From Actinomycetota bacterium (GTDB lineage Bacteria; Actinomycetota; Humimicrobiia; Humimicrobiales; Humimicrobiaceae), in the NCBI GenBank assembly GCA_023487035.1, contig JAMDEN010000014.1, positions 683 to 64,682 of the forward strand: 64,000 bases of DNA, in the 5' to 3' direction. Under the pieces are notes generated by a model. That model did no database searches. It worked only from the letters and a program-made list of their open reading frames with translations, and was not told the origin of the DNA. Shown one piece after another: positions 48,698 to 59,207 of this stretch (positions are counted from its first letter, which is position 1; each line of letters opens with the position of its first letter). The translations under genes and the position numbers were made by a program.

Positions 48698-50421
48698 GCC
48701 AGTTCCTCCTCCGAAAGTTGTGAATATACGATTTCACGATAAACCTCGCATGTTTTCAGCAGTTCCCTATGTGCTCCAATTCCAACAATTTTCCCGTCAT
48801 CAAGTACTATTATCTTGTCAGCATTCATTATTGTTGAAACTCTTTGAGCAATCAGAATAACAGTAGAACTTTTAATTTCAGGTTTTAGTGCAGCTCTTAA
48901 TCTGGCATCAGTTTTAAAATCAAGAGCAGAAAAACTGTCATCAAAAATATATATTTCAGGTTTTCTCACGAGGGCACGGGCAATTGAAAGACGCTGTTTT
49001 TGACCGCCGGAAACATTGGTGCCGCCTGCTGAAATATAATGATCAAATCCGCCTTCCATTTTTAAAATAAAATCAGTAGCTTGCGCTATATCTGCAGCAT
49101 GCCTGATTTCTTCCATAGTTGCATCTTTTTTACCATATCTTATATTTTCAGCAATGGTGCCGGAAAATATTATAATGTTTTGTGGAACAAAACCAATTTT
49201 AGCCCTTAAGACTTCCTGACTTATTTCCCTGACATCAACTCCATCTATCATAACACTCCCGCTATCAACATCATAAAATCTTGGAATAAGATTAACTAAA
49301 GTAGATTTACCTGAACCGGTGCTTCCAATAATTGCTGTTATTTCACCAGGGACTGCAGTGAAACTGATATTACATAAAACCGGCTGCTCTGAACCTTTAT
49401 AGCTGAATGTAACATCTTTAAATTCAACAACACCCCGTTTTTCAAAAACATTAACTGGCTTTTGGGGATCAACGATTTCAGGTTTCGTATCGAGAACTTC
49501 ATTAATTCTTACAGAAGAAGCCTGAGCACGTGGAACAAGAATAAATAATAACGTAAGCATAAGTAATGAAAATAATATTTGCATTGCATATTGGATAAAA
49601 GCCATAAGTGAGCCTATTTGCATATTCCCCTGATCTATTTTTATTCCACCAAACCAGATAATTGCTATTGTTGTAAAATTCATAATGAGCATCATTAATG
49701 GCATTAAAATTGCCATTATTTTATTTACTTTAATTGCATTTTCCATTAAATCAGCATTAGCATAATCAAATCTTGCCTTTTCTTTATCTATTCTATTAAA
49801 AGCCCTGATTACTCTTATTCCTGTAAGATTTTCACGTAAAACAAGATTTAATTTATCAAGCTTTATTTGCATCAATCTGAATAAAGGAATTCCTTTTACT
49901 AAAACAGTGCCTATAATTGCAGCCAGTATTGGAATTACTACAGCAAGAACCCATGTTAAGGATTTATTTTCCCTTAATGCCATTATTACCCCACCTATAC
50001 TAGTTAAAGGCGCAGTAATCATCATGCTAAAAATCATAACAGTTACTTGCTGAATTTGGGTAACATCATTTGTTGTTCTTGTAATAAGAGTAGCTGTTCC
50101 TAATTTATCAAACTCACTTAAAGAAAAACCCTCAACTTTTGTAAATATTTTTTCGCGTAAAATTTTACCAAGACCTACTGCTGTTTTTGATGTAAAAAAT
50201 GCTGCTATAATCGCACATGTTATACCAACAGCAGCGGTAATTAACATGATCCCGCCGGTTCTTAAAATATAATTAATATCCTTATTAATTATTCCATTAT
50301 TAACAATATTGGACATTAATGTTGGAAGGTAAAGATCAGCTATCACTTGAATAAATAATAATGTAACAATTGCTATAATAAAAAATGTAAATGGTTTTAA
50401 AAATCTGTATAATCTGAGCAT
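48694..50421 (-). CDS. Heterodimeric ABC exporter subunit (TM287-like)
   Basis: GSTGSGKS; VSGGQ; degenerate Walker B YIFDD and switch IAQR; 4-nt overlap with its partner. Confidence 0.93.
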   Translation of the reverse strand: MLRLYRFLKPFTFFIIAIVTLLFIQVIADLYLPTLMSNIVNNGIINKDINYILRTGGIMLITAAVGITCAIIAAFFTSKTAVGLGKILREKIFTKVEGFSLSEFDKLGTATLITRTTNDVTQIQQVTVMIFSMMITAPLTSIGGVIMALRENKSLTWVLAVVIPILAAIIGTVLVKGIPLFRLMQIKLDKLNLVLRENLTGIRVIRAFNRIDKEKARFDYANADLMENAIKVNKIMAILMPLMMLIMNFTTIAIIWFGGIKIDQGNMQIGSLMAFIQYAMQILFSLLMLTLLFILVPRAQASSVRINEVLDTKPEIVDPQKPVNVFEKRGVVEFKDVTFSYKGSEQPVLCNISFTAVPGEITAIIGSTGSGKSTLVNLIPRFYDVDSGSVMIDGVDVREISQEVLRAKIGFVPQNIIIFSGTIAENIRYGKKDATMEEIRHAADIAQATDFILKMEGGFDHYISAGGTNVSGGQKQRLSIARALVRKPEIYIFDDSFSALDFKTDARLRAALKPEIKSSTVILIAQRVSTIMNADKIIVLDDGKIVGIGAHRELLKTCEVYREIVYSQLSEEELA

Positions 50422-50706
50422 AAATTATTTTTTCCCCTTATTTTCATCTTTCTTTTTCAATTATTTTTCTCTTTATTTTTTCCTATTTTTCCATTACTTC
50501 ATCTATTTTATCTTTATCTTCAATTTTCATAGTTTAATAAATAAGTTGAGATTAAAAATATTAATTATGATATTTATTTAATAGAAATAAATAAAAACTT
50601 AAAAAAACGATAAAATTTATAATTTATAAAATTATTAACTTTATAAGATAAATGTCAATTTAAATTTTTATTAAATAAGAAATTATTTTTAAGAATAGAA
50701 ATGCGG

Positions 50707-52077
50707 TTATTTAAGCTCGTAAATAAAATTGCATATTTCTTCCTGAATTTCTGTTGCCAGTTCAAGAGTTTTTGCTTCAACCATAATTCTTATTAACGGT
50801 TCAGTTCCGGAAGATCTTACGACTACTTTTCCCTCACCTTCCAGCTTATTTTGGGCTTCTGAAATTTTTTGCTTTAGCTTGTTGCTTTGCATTATTTCAT
50901 TTTTGTTTTTAACTTTTAAATTTTTTAAAAGTTGTGGATAATGTTCAATAATATCATAAATTTCGTTTATTTTTATTTGTGTTTTATTTATATACTCAAG
51001 GAATATAAGAGTTGAAACAAGACCATCACCAATATGGCTAAAATTTTTAAATATAATATGCCCTGATTGTTCTCCACCAAGAACACTATCAGTTTCAATC
51101 ATTTTTTCCAGAACATATCTGTCACCAACATTAGTTTTATAAACTTTTATATTATTTTCCTGCATTGCTTTTTCAAATCCATAATTTGCCATAATTGTTG
51201 TTACCACTGAATTATTTTTTAAAATATTTTCATTTTTCATATTAATTGCACAAAAAGCCATTATAACATCGCCATCAAAAATTCTTCCCTTGCTATCACA
51301 GCCTATTACCCTGTCACCGTCTCCATCATAAGAAAATCCGATATCTGCACGGGATTGCAGTACAATATTCTTTAAAACTTCAGGATGTGTCGAACCACAA
51401 TTATTATTAATAAGACCGCTTTCAAAATCCGTATTATAACTGATAACATCTGCACCAGACATCTTAAGCACTTTGGGAACAATTATACTCATTGCTCCAT
51501 TTGCACAATCAACTGCTACTTTTAGTTTGTTCAGATTAAAAGAAAAGTTTTTTATGATATGTTTAATATAAATATTAATTGAATTATTCAGGTTTTTTAT
51601 TCTTCCTACTTCAAGTCCGATTGGAACACTTTTTGTAATATTTTTGTCTGCTGTATCGCTATCTAAAATAAAATCCTCTATTAATTTTTCCTGTTCATCG
51701 CTTAACTTTTCCCCACCTTTTTTAAAGATTTTAATTCCGTTATCTTCAAGCGGGTTATGAGACGCAGATATAACGATTCCACCATCCATTTCTAACATTT
51801 TTGTGAGCATGGCTATTGCAGGAGTGCTGAGTATCCCAGCCATATAAACATCCGCTCCGCTGGATAAAATCCCTGCTGCAATAGATGCTTCTAAAAAATC
51901 ACCGGATGGTCTGCTGTCTTTACCAATTAATATCTTTGCTTTTCTGCCTTCACTATCCTTAATCAGAAATCTTGCAGCAGCCTTACCTGTTTTTAATGCA
52001 AGCTCTGGTGTTAATTCTTCATTTGCAATTCCTCTTATACCATCGGTACCAAATAATTTTCTTATATTTTCATTCAT
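50707..52077 (-). CDS. glmM: Phosphoglucosamine mutase
   Basis: LFGTDGIRG; SASHNP; DGDGDR; GGEQSGH; SGTEP; start at 52077 after SD AGAGGT. Confidence 0.95.
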   Translation of the reverse strand: MNENIRKLFGTDGIRGIANEELTPELALKTGKAAARFLIKDSEGRKAKILIGKDSRPSGDFLEASIAAGILSSGADVYMAGILSTPAIAMLTKMLEMDGGIVISASHNPLEDNGIKIFKKGGEKLSDEQEKLIEDFILDSDTADKNITKSVPIGLEVGRIKNLNNSINIYIKHIIKNFSFNLNKLKVAVDCANGAMSIIVPKVLKMSGADVISYNTDFESGLINNNCGSTHPEVLKNIVLQSRADIGFSYDGDGDRVIGCDSKGRIFDGDVIMAFCAINMKNENILKNNSVVTTIMANYGFEKAMQENNIKVYKTNVGDRYVLEKMIETDSVLGGEQSGHIIFKNFSHIGDGLVSTLIFLEYINKTQIKINEIYDIIEHYPQLLKNLKVKNKNEIMQSNKLKQKISEAQNKLEGEGKVVVRSSGTEPLIRIMVEAKTLELATEIQEEICNFIYELK

Positions 52078-52105
52078 ATAAACCTCTATATCTTTTATAA
52101 ATTCA

Positions 52106-53161
52106 TTAATTTTCAATATATTTTTTTATAACAAATGGCGAAGTCATACATGATAAAAGACCGAAATAATCAAGTTTAAATTTAACTACACTCCCAACTT
52201 TTAATTCTATCTCTAAATTTTTTGAAATATCTTTAATATTAGAATTATAATACTGTTTCTTTAATCCTAAAACTGTATGGTCACTACTCTGGCCAATAAT
52301 TTCATAAAACGGGTTTTCAATTTTTATATGCTTGTAACTTACATCCTGTAACCCCAGAGCAATAATTGCCTTATATATTTTTCCATCTTTTTCTTTAACT
52401 TCTATGACTTCGGCTTCAAGTTTAAAACAATCTTCATATGCTCCCGAAATTTTTTCATAATGTGAAGTTTCATTACCAATAAAAATTGCTTCTCCAATCC
52501 TTACCTGATTAACTTCTTTGGGAATAGTCCCAGCTTCAATATATTTCCATAAGCTTGAATTCCCTCCAGAAATTACAGGAATTTTATAATTATATATTTC
52601 ATTTATTTTATTTCTTATCTTTATAAGATATTCAATACTCTTTAAAGTTGGCCTTTTTTTTGATAAACATCTTGCATTAGTTCCAAGCCCTATAACCTTA
52701 ATATTTTTATAATTTACATACACTTCATTAAAAAATGCCAGTACCTCTTTTGGATAAATCCCTTCACGTTTATCATCAATTTCAACCATTATTATAATAT
52801 TATGGGTTATCTTTTTCCTTAAACAAATTTGCGAAATAAGTTTTATTGTTTCAAGCTCTGTTTGCATGGAAGTATCGCAAATTTTAACAAGTGATTCGCA
52901 CTCAGAAAGCATTGGGGTTCTAAGTAATAAAAGTTCCTGCCCATAGCCAAAATAATTTCTCAGTTTCTGTAAATTTAAAAGTCGGCTGTCTCCAAAAATT
53001 TTAATTCCTGATTTTTTAAGAACTTTAACAATTGTAATATCTGCCAGTATGCTTTTAGTAACACCAACGACCGATATACCTGATTGGTTACATCGGTCGT
53101 TTATTAATTTTGCATTATCAGCAATTTTTTTTAAATTTATTTTAATACATGGAAAACTCAT
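52106..53161 (-). CDS. Alanine/ornithine/lysine racemase-family PLP enzyme (Orr-like)
   Basis: VVGVTK PLP lysine; DSRL; LLRTP; DKREG; GLGTN; ISGGNSS; RIGEA; SSDH. Confidence 0.8.
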   Translation of the reverse strand: MSFPCIKINLKKIADNAKLINDRCNQSGISVVGVTKSILADITIVKVLKKSGIKIFGDSRLLNLQKLRNYFGYGQELLLLRTPMLSECESLVKICDTSMQTELETIKLISQICLRKKITHNIIIMVEIDDKREGIYPKEVLAFFNEVYVNYKNIKVIGLGTNARCLSKKRPTLKSIEYLIKIRNKINEIYNYKIPVISGGNSSLWKYIEAGTIPKEVNQVRIGEAIFIGNETSHYEKISGAYEDCFKLEAEVIEVKEKDGKIYKAIIALGLQDVSYKHIKIENPFYEIIGQSSDHTVLGLKKQYYNSNIKDISKNLEIELKVGSVVKFKLDYFGLLSCMTSPFVIKKYIEN

Positions 53162-53175
53162 TAAAAAAGATTAAA

Positions 53176-53571
53176 TTATCTCTTTGAGTATTGTGGTCTC
53201 TTTCTTGCTTTTTTAAGACCGTATTTCTTTCTTTCTTTTATTCTTGAATCTCTTGTTAAAAATCCCTCTTTCTTTAAAATAATTCTATACTCAGGATTTA
53301 TTTCAAGTAATGCTCTGGAAATACCATGTCTTAAAGCTCCAGCCTGCCCTGATATACCTCCACCTTCAATTGATGCAATGACATCATAAGCATTCAAAGT
53401 ACCTGTCAGGTTAAATGGCTCAATAATTGAATTTATAATAGTTTCTCTTGGAAAATATTCTTTAAAATCTCTATTATTAACAATAATTTTACCTTCGCCA
53501 GGTTTAATCCAGACTCTTGCTGTAGATTCCTTCCTTCTTCCAGTTGCATAATATTTAACTTCTTCTGCCAA
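53176..53571 (-). CDS. rpsI: 30S ribosomal protein S9
   Basis: [27 protein letters not shown]. Confidence 0.98.
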   Translation of the reverse strand: MAEEVKYYATGRRKESTARVWIKPGEGKIIVNNRDFKEYFPRETIINSIIEPFNLTGTLNAYDVIASIEGGGISGQAGALRHGISRALLEINPEYRIILKKEGFLTRDSRIKERKKYGLKKARKRPQYSKR

Positions 53572-53753
53572 CTTTTTCTCCTTTTAACCTTCCTAAAAAA
53601 TTAAGCTTATAAACTTAGATTATATATAATTTTTTAAAATAACTTTAATATTAATATCTATCTCCATAAATCTATATTTCTATAATTATATATCTATAAA
53701 CCTGTAATTAATTTAATTTAATTTAATTATATATCTGAATTATATCTAAATAA

Positions 53754-54197
53754 TTATACTTCTAAAACTTCGGGCTTTTGTGCTTTGTGCGGATGAACAG
53801 GCCCTGGATATATTTTTAATTTCTTTATCAATTTTCTTCCTAATATATTATGTGGAAGCATTCCTTTAACAGCTTTTAAAAGTACATACTGCGGACTTTT
53901 CTTCATTAATTTTCCAAGGCTTGTAATTTTCATATTTCCAACATATCCTGAATGTCTGTAATATTTTTTATCCTCAAGCTTATTACCCGTAACTGCAAGC
54001 TTACTTGAATTAATAACAATAACATAATCTCCACAATCTACATGAGGAGTAAATATTGGTTTATTTTTGCCTCTTAATATTTTGGCAATTTCAGTAGAAA
54101 TCCTTCCAAGCGTTTTTCCACTGGCATCTATTACATACCATTTTTTTTCAATATCTTTTTCTTTTGCACTATAAGTTTTTGTGCCAACAGTTACCAT
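53754..54197 (-). CDS. rplM: 50S ribosomal protein L13
   Basis: WYVIDA; RGKNKPIFTPHVDCGD; HPHKAQKP; ATG 54197 after SD GGAGG. Confidence 0.97.
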   Translation of the reverse strand: MVTVGTKTYSAKEKDIEKKWYVIDASGKTLGRISTEIAKILRGKNKPIFTPHVDCGDYVIVINSSKLAVTGNKLEDKKYYRHSGYVGNMKITSLGKLMKKSPQYVLLKAVKGMLPHNILGRKLIKKLKIYPGPVHPHKAQKPEVLEV

Positions 54198-54232
54198 TTG
54201 TCCTCCAATCAAGTGATAAAACTAATTATACC

Positions 54233-54988
54233 CTATCTATAACCTACATCTGTAAGAAATAAACCCTTAGCTTCAACAATTTTCCCGGCTAAATCTCTAC
54301 TATTATTTTTAAAAGCATAATCAATTGTAGAGATATCTCTTACACCTTTACCAATTTCCAGTAAAGTTCCAACTATAATTCTTACCATATTATAAAGAAA
54401 AGAATTTGCTTTAATCTTAAAAACTAAAACTTCATTAACTCCAAAAATACTTTTTTTAAAAATTTTAAAATCAAAAATTTCTCTAATTTTGTTTTCATTT
54501 TCATCATTTGGACTGCAAAATGACGAAAAATCTTTTTCCCCGATAAAAGCTTCCGAAGCTTTAATCATTAAATCCAGATTTAATTTTTTACAAACCAGAA
54601 TGCTATATTTTTTCAAAAAAACATCCTGATAATTATCATTTACAACAAAATAACTATATTCCCGCCACAGTGCATCACGTCTCGAATCAAACGTATCTGC
54701 TTCTCTTGTAATAAATCTTACTGATATATCATCTGGAAGAAGTGAATTTAAAGACCATTTAAATTTATATAAATCCAGTTCTTCTTCACTTTTAAAATTT
54801 ATTACCTGATTTAATGCATGAACGCCTGCATCTGTTCTTCCTGCATAAGCTATTTTTGTTTCTTTATTAAAAATCATGTTAAGAACTTTTACTATTTCAC
54901 CCTGTACAGTTCTTAATCCACCTGGCTGAATCTGAAAACCATAAAATTTTGTTCCATCATATTCAATTACAGCTTTATAATTAATCAT
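54233..54988 (-). CDS. truA: tRNA pseudouridine(38-40) synthase
   Basis: YDGTKFYGFQ; AGRTDAGVHA; FLYNMVR. Confidence 0.96.
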   Translation of the reverse strand: MINYKAVIEYDGTKFYGFQIQPGGLRTVQGEIVKVLNMIFNKETKIAYAGRTDAGVHALNQVINFKSEEELDLYKFKWSLNSLLPDDISVRFITREADTFDSRRDALWREYSYFVVNDNYQDVFLKKYSILVCKKLNLDLMIKASEAFIGEKDFSSFCSPNDENENKIREIFDFKIFKKSIFGVNEVLVFKIKANSFLYNMVRIIVGTLLEIGKGVRDISTIDYAFKNNSRDLAGKIVEAKGLFLTDVGYR

Positions 54989-55017
54989 TAAAAAACTGAA
55001 TAAAAAAATAACTTAAA

Positions 55018-55371
55018 TTATTTTAATAATTCTACTTGTACTATTTCTGCTCCATCTCCAGGACGATTTTTCACCCTTACAATTCTTGTAAATCCACTTG
55101 AACGTGCATAAGTAGCTGGAGCAATTTCATTAAATAATTTTTGAACAGAACTATAGTTTCCAAGAAGCTTTAAACATTGTCTTCTTGATGCCAGGTCACC
55201 TTTTTTTGCAAATGTAATTAATTTATCAACGAACATCCTTAAAAATTTTGCTTTAGTTATTGTAGTTTCAATTTTACCATTTTCAAATAATGATATAGCA
55301 AGATTTTTCATTATTGCTTTTTGATGGCTACCACTTCCACCAATTCTTCTTCCTTTTTTTGGTTGAACCAT
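55018..55371 (-). CDS. rplQ: 50S ribosomal protein L17
   Basis: KIETTITKAK; GFTRI; RPGDGA. Confidence 0.96.
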   Translation of the reverse strand: MVQPKKGRRIGGSGSHQKAIMKNLAISLFENGKIETTITKAKFLRMFVDKLITFAKKGDLASRRQCLKLLGNYSSVQKLFNEIAPATYARSSGFTRIVRVKNRPGDGAEIVQVELLK

Positions 55372-55398
55372 ATTACTATACTCCTATATTCTCCTGCT

Positions 55399-56334
55399 TT
55401 ACTTTTTCTTAAATGACAGACCCAATTCACTAACTTTATTTTTAACTTCCTGTATAGATTTTTGTCCAAAATTTCTAATGTCAAGCAATTCATCTTCAGT
55501 ATATTGAAGCAGTTTTTCTACAGTATCAATGCCTGCTCTTTTCAGACAATTATATGATCTTACAGATAATTCCATATCCTCGATAGATGGATATTGCTGT
55601 TTTTTAGCTTTTTGTTCGATTTTTTCAAAAATAGGATCTTCATTTTTTGTCTTTTCAGATAAATCAATCATTAAAGCCATATAATCATTTATAATTTTTG
55701 AAGCCTGGCTTAAAGCTTCTTCAGGTTTTATACTTCCATTTGTTTTTATAGTCATAGTAAGCTTATCAAAGTTAGTCATTTGTCCAACACGAGTATTTTC
55801 AACTTTAAACATTACTCTTTTTATTGGAGAAAAAACTGTATCAACAGGTATAACGCCTAAGGGATCTCCTTGAGAAATATTTTCTTCTGCGTTCTTATAA
55901 CCTATTCCTTTTTCTACAACCATTTCTATTCTTAATTTACCATCTTTTGATAATGTTGCTATATAACAATCTTTATTAATAATTTCGACTTCTGAAGGAA
56001 GATTGATATCGGCTGCCGTAACTTCACAAGGCCCGCTTTTATCTAACTTAACTACTGCCTGATCAGCAAGTTCCATTTTAAAAACTACCTGCCTTAAATT
56101 AGAAATCAATTCAATAATATCTTCTTTTAAACCTTCAAGAGTGGAAAATTCGTGCTGAACATTATCAATTCTTATTTTTGTGACACCAGCACCTTCAATC
56201 GAAGATAGTAATACTCTTCTTATTGAATTACCTAAAGTATGGCCAAATCCTCTTTCTAAAGGTTCAAGAATAAATTCCCCTTCGAAATCATTAGCCATTT
56301 TAATACTAATATTTGGTTTATGCATTTTTAACAA
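55399..56334 (-). CDS. rpoA: RNA polymerase subunit alpha
   Basis: EPLERGFGHTLGNSIRRVLLSS; LSVRSYNCLKRAGI; RNFGQKS. Confidence 0.98.
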   Translation of the reverse strand: MLKMHKPNISIKMANDFEGEFILEPLERGFGHTLGNSIRRVLLSSIEGAGVTKIRIDNVQHEFSTLEGLKEDIIELISNLRQVVFKMELADQAVVKLDKSGPCEVTAADINLPSEVEIINKDCYIATLSKDGKLRIEMVVEKGIGYKNAEENISQGDPLGVIPVDTVFSPIKRVMFKVENTRVGQMTNFDKLTMTIKTNGSIKPEEALSQASKIINDYMALMIDLSEKTKNEDPIFEKIEQKAKKQQYPSIEDMELSVRSYNCLKRAGIDTVEKLLQYTEDELLDIRNFGQKSIQEVKNKVSELGLSFKKK

Positions 56335-56468
56335 TTTATTTTAACCTCCTAATACTAAGAGAGAAAATTTATCAAAATAATAAAAATATAAAAAATAAAT
56401 AAAATATTTGTAATATATAATTAAATATAATAATTAAATATAATTTAATAAATAAGAAATATTAAGAA

Positions 56469-57095
56469 TTACTTGGAATAAAGCTCAATAATCATTTGTT
56501 CATTAATAGGAGCTTTAATGTCTGTTCTTTCAGGAACTCGAATAACTTTACCTTTTAAATTTTTTAAATCAACTTCAAGCCATTCAGGAATATTTAAACT
56601 TCCCGCACTTTCCTTAGCTTCTACAATAAAAGGTAATTCTTTGCTTTTTTCTGCAATTGAAATTTCCTGACCTTCTTTTACTTGATATGATGGTATATCA
56701 ACCTTTTTCCCGTTTACTTGTACATGCCCATGGGAAATAATTTGCCTTGCCTGAGCTCTTGATGTTGCAAAACCCATCAGATATAAAACATTATCAAGCC
56801 TCATTTCAAGCAATTGCAATAAAACTTCACCTGTAATACCTTGTTTTCTTGTAGCTTTTTTATAATAATTATAAAATTGTGCTTCTAATATACCATAATA
56901 TCTTTTTGCTTTTTGTTTTTCTCTAAGCTGAGCATAATATTCAGACTCAACTAATCTCATTTTTGCTTTCTGGCCAGGAACATATGGTTTTTTTACTACT
57001 GCACATTTATCTGTAAAGCACCTTAACCCTTTTAAAAATAATTTTTCTTTTTCTCTTCTGCATAACTTACAAACAGCATCTTTAACTCTAGCCAT
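56469..57095 (-). CDS. rpsD: 30S ribosomal protein S4 (Zn-binding form)
   Basis: CKLCRRE...RC...KC; LREKQK; EMRLDN; IIELYSK. Confidence 0.98.
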   Translation of the reverse strand: MARVKDAVCKLCRREKEKLFLKGLRCFTDKCAVVKKPYVPGQKAKMRLVESEYYAQLREKQKAKRYYGILEAQFYNYYKKATRKQGITGEVLLQLLEMRLDNVLYLMGFATSRAQARQIISHGHVQVNGKKVDIPSYQVKEGQEISIAEKSKELPFIVEAKESAGSLNIPEWLEVDLKNLKGKVIRVPERTDIKAPINEQMIIELYSK

Positions 57096-57141
57096 TTAAA
57101 ATAACTCCTTATTTGTAAATATTTCTAAACATCTAAATTTC

Positions 57142-57540
57142 TTATACTCTTCTTCTCTTTGGTGGTCTGCAACCATTATGTGGAACTGGAGTAACATCCA
57201 TTATTGACCCTATTTCTAACCCGACTGCTTGTAAGGATCTTACAGCAGTTTCTCTTCCTGAGCCAACACCTTTAACTCTTACATCAACTTTTGTTAAACC
57301 ATGTTCCTGTGCTGCTTTTGCAACAGCAGTTGCTGTAACCTGAGCCGCAAATGGAGTGCTTTTCCTTGAACCTTTAAAACCTTGCCCGCCTGCACTACCC
57401 CATGCAATTGTATTACCTTTTAAATCCGTTATATTAACTATAGTGTTATTAAAAGTAGACTGAATATGAGCAATTCCATAAGGAATATTTTTTCTTTCTT
57501 TTCTTTTAATTCTTTTTTTAGCAGTTTGTTTTGTTGCCAA
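57142..57540 (-). CDS. rpsK: 30S ribosomal protein S11
   Basis: [29 protein letters not shown]. Confidence 0.98.
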   Translation of the reverse strand: MATKQTAKKRIKRKERKNIPYGIAHIQSTFNNTIVNITDLKGNTIAWGSAGGQGFKGSRKSTPFAAQVTATAVAKAAQEHGLTKVDVRVKGVGSGRETAVRSLQAVGLEIGSIMDVTPVPHNGCRPPKRRRV

Positions 57541-57555
57541 GTTTTATCCTCCTGA

Positions 57556-57942
57556 TTATTTAGCAGAAACTGTTGCTTTTTTCTTAATTCCAACTGAAGG
57601 CCTTCTCCCTTTTCTGGTCCTTGCATTTGTATGAGTTCTCTGGCCTCTTACTGGTAAATTCCTTTTATGTCTAATTCCTCTATAAGAATTTATTTCAATA
57701 AGCCTTTTTATGTTTTGACTTACTTCTCTTCTTAAGTCACCTTCAATTTTTAAATTTGCATCAATATATTCTCTTATCTTTATGATTTCCTCTTCTGTCA
57801 ATTCACTTGTCTTCCTTGCAGGATCTATATTAAGCGCTGCAAGAATCTTTTTAGCAGCAGGTCTTCCAATACCATAAATATAAGTAAGAGCAATACATAT
57901 ATGTTTATTTCTGGGAATATCGATTCCACCAATTCTAGCCAA
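57556..57942 (-). CDS. rpsM: 30S ribosomal protein S13
   Basis: [31 protein letters not shown]. Confidence 0.98.
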   Translation of the reverse strand: MARIGGIDIPRNKHICIALTYIYGIGRPAAKKILAALNIDPARKTSELTEEEIIKIREYIDANLKIEGDLRREVSQNIKRLIEINSYRGIRHKRNLPVRGQRTHTNARTRKGRRPSVGIKKKATVSAK

Positions 57943-57955
57943 TTAAATTTCCTCC

Positions 57956-58069
57956 TTATCCTTGTCTTTGCTTATGACGGGGATTTTTACAAATAACCAT
58001 GACTTTACCCTCACGCCTGATAATTCGGCAATCATTGCAAATTTTTTTAACTGATGGTCTAACTTTCAT
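57956..58069 (-). CDS. rpmJ: 50S ribosomal protein L36 (absent from the ORF track)
   Basis: Translated by hand: [37 protein letters not shown]. Confidence 0.97.
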   Translation of the reverse strand: MKVRPSVKKICNDCRIIRREGKVMVICKNPRHKQRQG

Positions 58070-58112
58070 TTTATTTCCTTTTATATTTAAATATCTTTAT
58101 AATATTGTCTGA

Positions 58113-58334
58113 TTATTTTTTTCTGTAAATTATTCTACCCCTGGTCAAATCATATGGGGATAATTCTACTTTTACAACATCTCCAGGTAATATCTTTATA
58201 TAATGCATTCTCATTTTACCTGAAATATGTGCAAGAACTTTATGCCCATTCTCCAACTCTACACGAAACATTGCATTGGGCAATGCTTCAAGTATTGTCC
58301 CTTCTACTTCAATTATTTCTTCTTTTTCTGAAAT
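58113..58334 (-). CDS. infA: Translation initiation factor IF-1 (proposed ATT start)
   Basis: [44 protein letters not shown] (58346-58340) 5 nt before ATT at 58334 gives 73 aa; gene identity certain, start inferred. Confidence 0.93.
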   Translation of the reverse strand: MSEKEEIIEVEGTILEALPNAMFRVELENGHKVLAHISGKMRMHYIKILPGDVVKVELSPYDLTRGRIIYRKK

Positions 58335-58439
58335 AATTCCCTCCTTAATATTCAAAAAAGAAGGCAAATAAGTAATTTATCAAATTAAATTAAAAATGTC
58401 TATCACTTTTTTAATTTAATTTAAATATTAATTAAATTA

Positions 58440-59207
58440 CTAATTAATCCTCGTTAATATTATTGAGCCATTTGAAGTAATTGCAACTGTATCTTCAAAA
58501 TGACAGGATAGTTTTCTATCACTTGTAACAACTGTCCAGTTATCATTTAGAACTTCCACTTCGCTTTTGCCTTCATTTAACATAGGCTCAATTGCAAGCA
58601 CGATTCCTTTTTTTAATAAAGGTCCCTGGTGTGCCGGTCCATAATTTAATACCTGTGGGTCTTCATGCATATTTCTTCCAATACCATGGCCAACAAAATC
58701 TTTTACAACTGAATATCCATTTCTTAATGCTAACTGCTCTATTGTACTGGAAATATCTCCTAACCTGTTACCTTCAACACACTTGCCAATTGCCGCATTT
58801 AAAGCATCCCGGGTAGTTTTTATTATTTTTTGTACCTTTTCATTAACATTCCCGACAGGAAAACTTCTTGCAGCATCTCCAAAAAACCCGTCAAGTTGTA
58901 CACCAACGTCTATCGATATTAAATCTCCATCTTTTAAAATTCTTTTACCTGGAATTCCATGAACAACTTCCTCATTAATTGATGCGCAAATTGTACCAGG
59001 AAATGGTATTTTTGAAATTCTTCCAAGATAACCTTTAAATGCAGGTTTTGCATTATGCTCAATTATCATTTTTTCTGCAATTTTATCTAAAAATTCCGTT
59101 GAAATCCCCGGTTTTATTAAACTTTCAAGTTTTAAAAGAACATTACACACAAGCTCACCTGCACGCTTCATGAGCTTTATTTCGTCATCTGATTTATAAA
59201 TAATCAT
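58440..59207 (-). CDS. map: Methionine aminopeptidase type I
   Basis: SINEEVVHGIP; DVG; GHGIG; HEDP; AIEPM; HFEDT. Confidence 0.97.
   Translation of the reverse strand: MIIYKSDDEIKLMKRAGELVCNVLLKLESLIKPGISTEFLDKIAEKMIIEHNAKPAFKGYLGRISKIPFPGTICASINEEVVHGIPGKRILKDGDLISIDVGVQLDGFFGDAARSFPVGNVNEKVQKIIKTTRDALNAAIGKCVEGNRLGDISSTIEQLALRNGYSVVKDFVGHGIGRNMHEDPQVLNYGPAHQGPLLKKGIVLAIEPMLNEGKSEVEVLNDNWTVVTSDRKLSCHFEDTVAITSNGSIILTRIN

Noticed and set aside
46685..50421. ABC pair as the sugar importer for the adjacent locus
   Set aside because: Fused TMD-NBD exporter architecture with no solute-binding protein; a separate promoter lies between it and the sugar genes.
58335..58367. N-terminal extension [11 protein letters not shown] of IF1 in the ORF track
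   Set aside because: No SD precedes that TTG, the extension contains the SD itself, and it would make IF1 atypically long.
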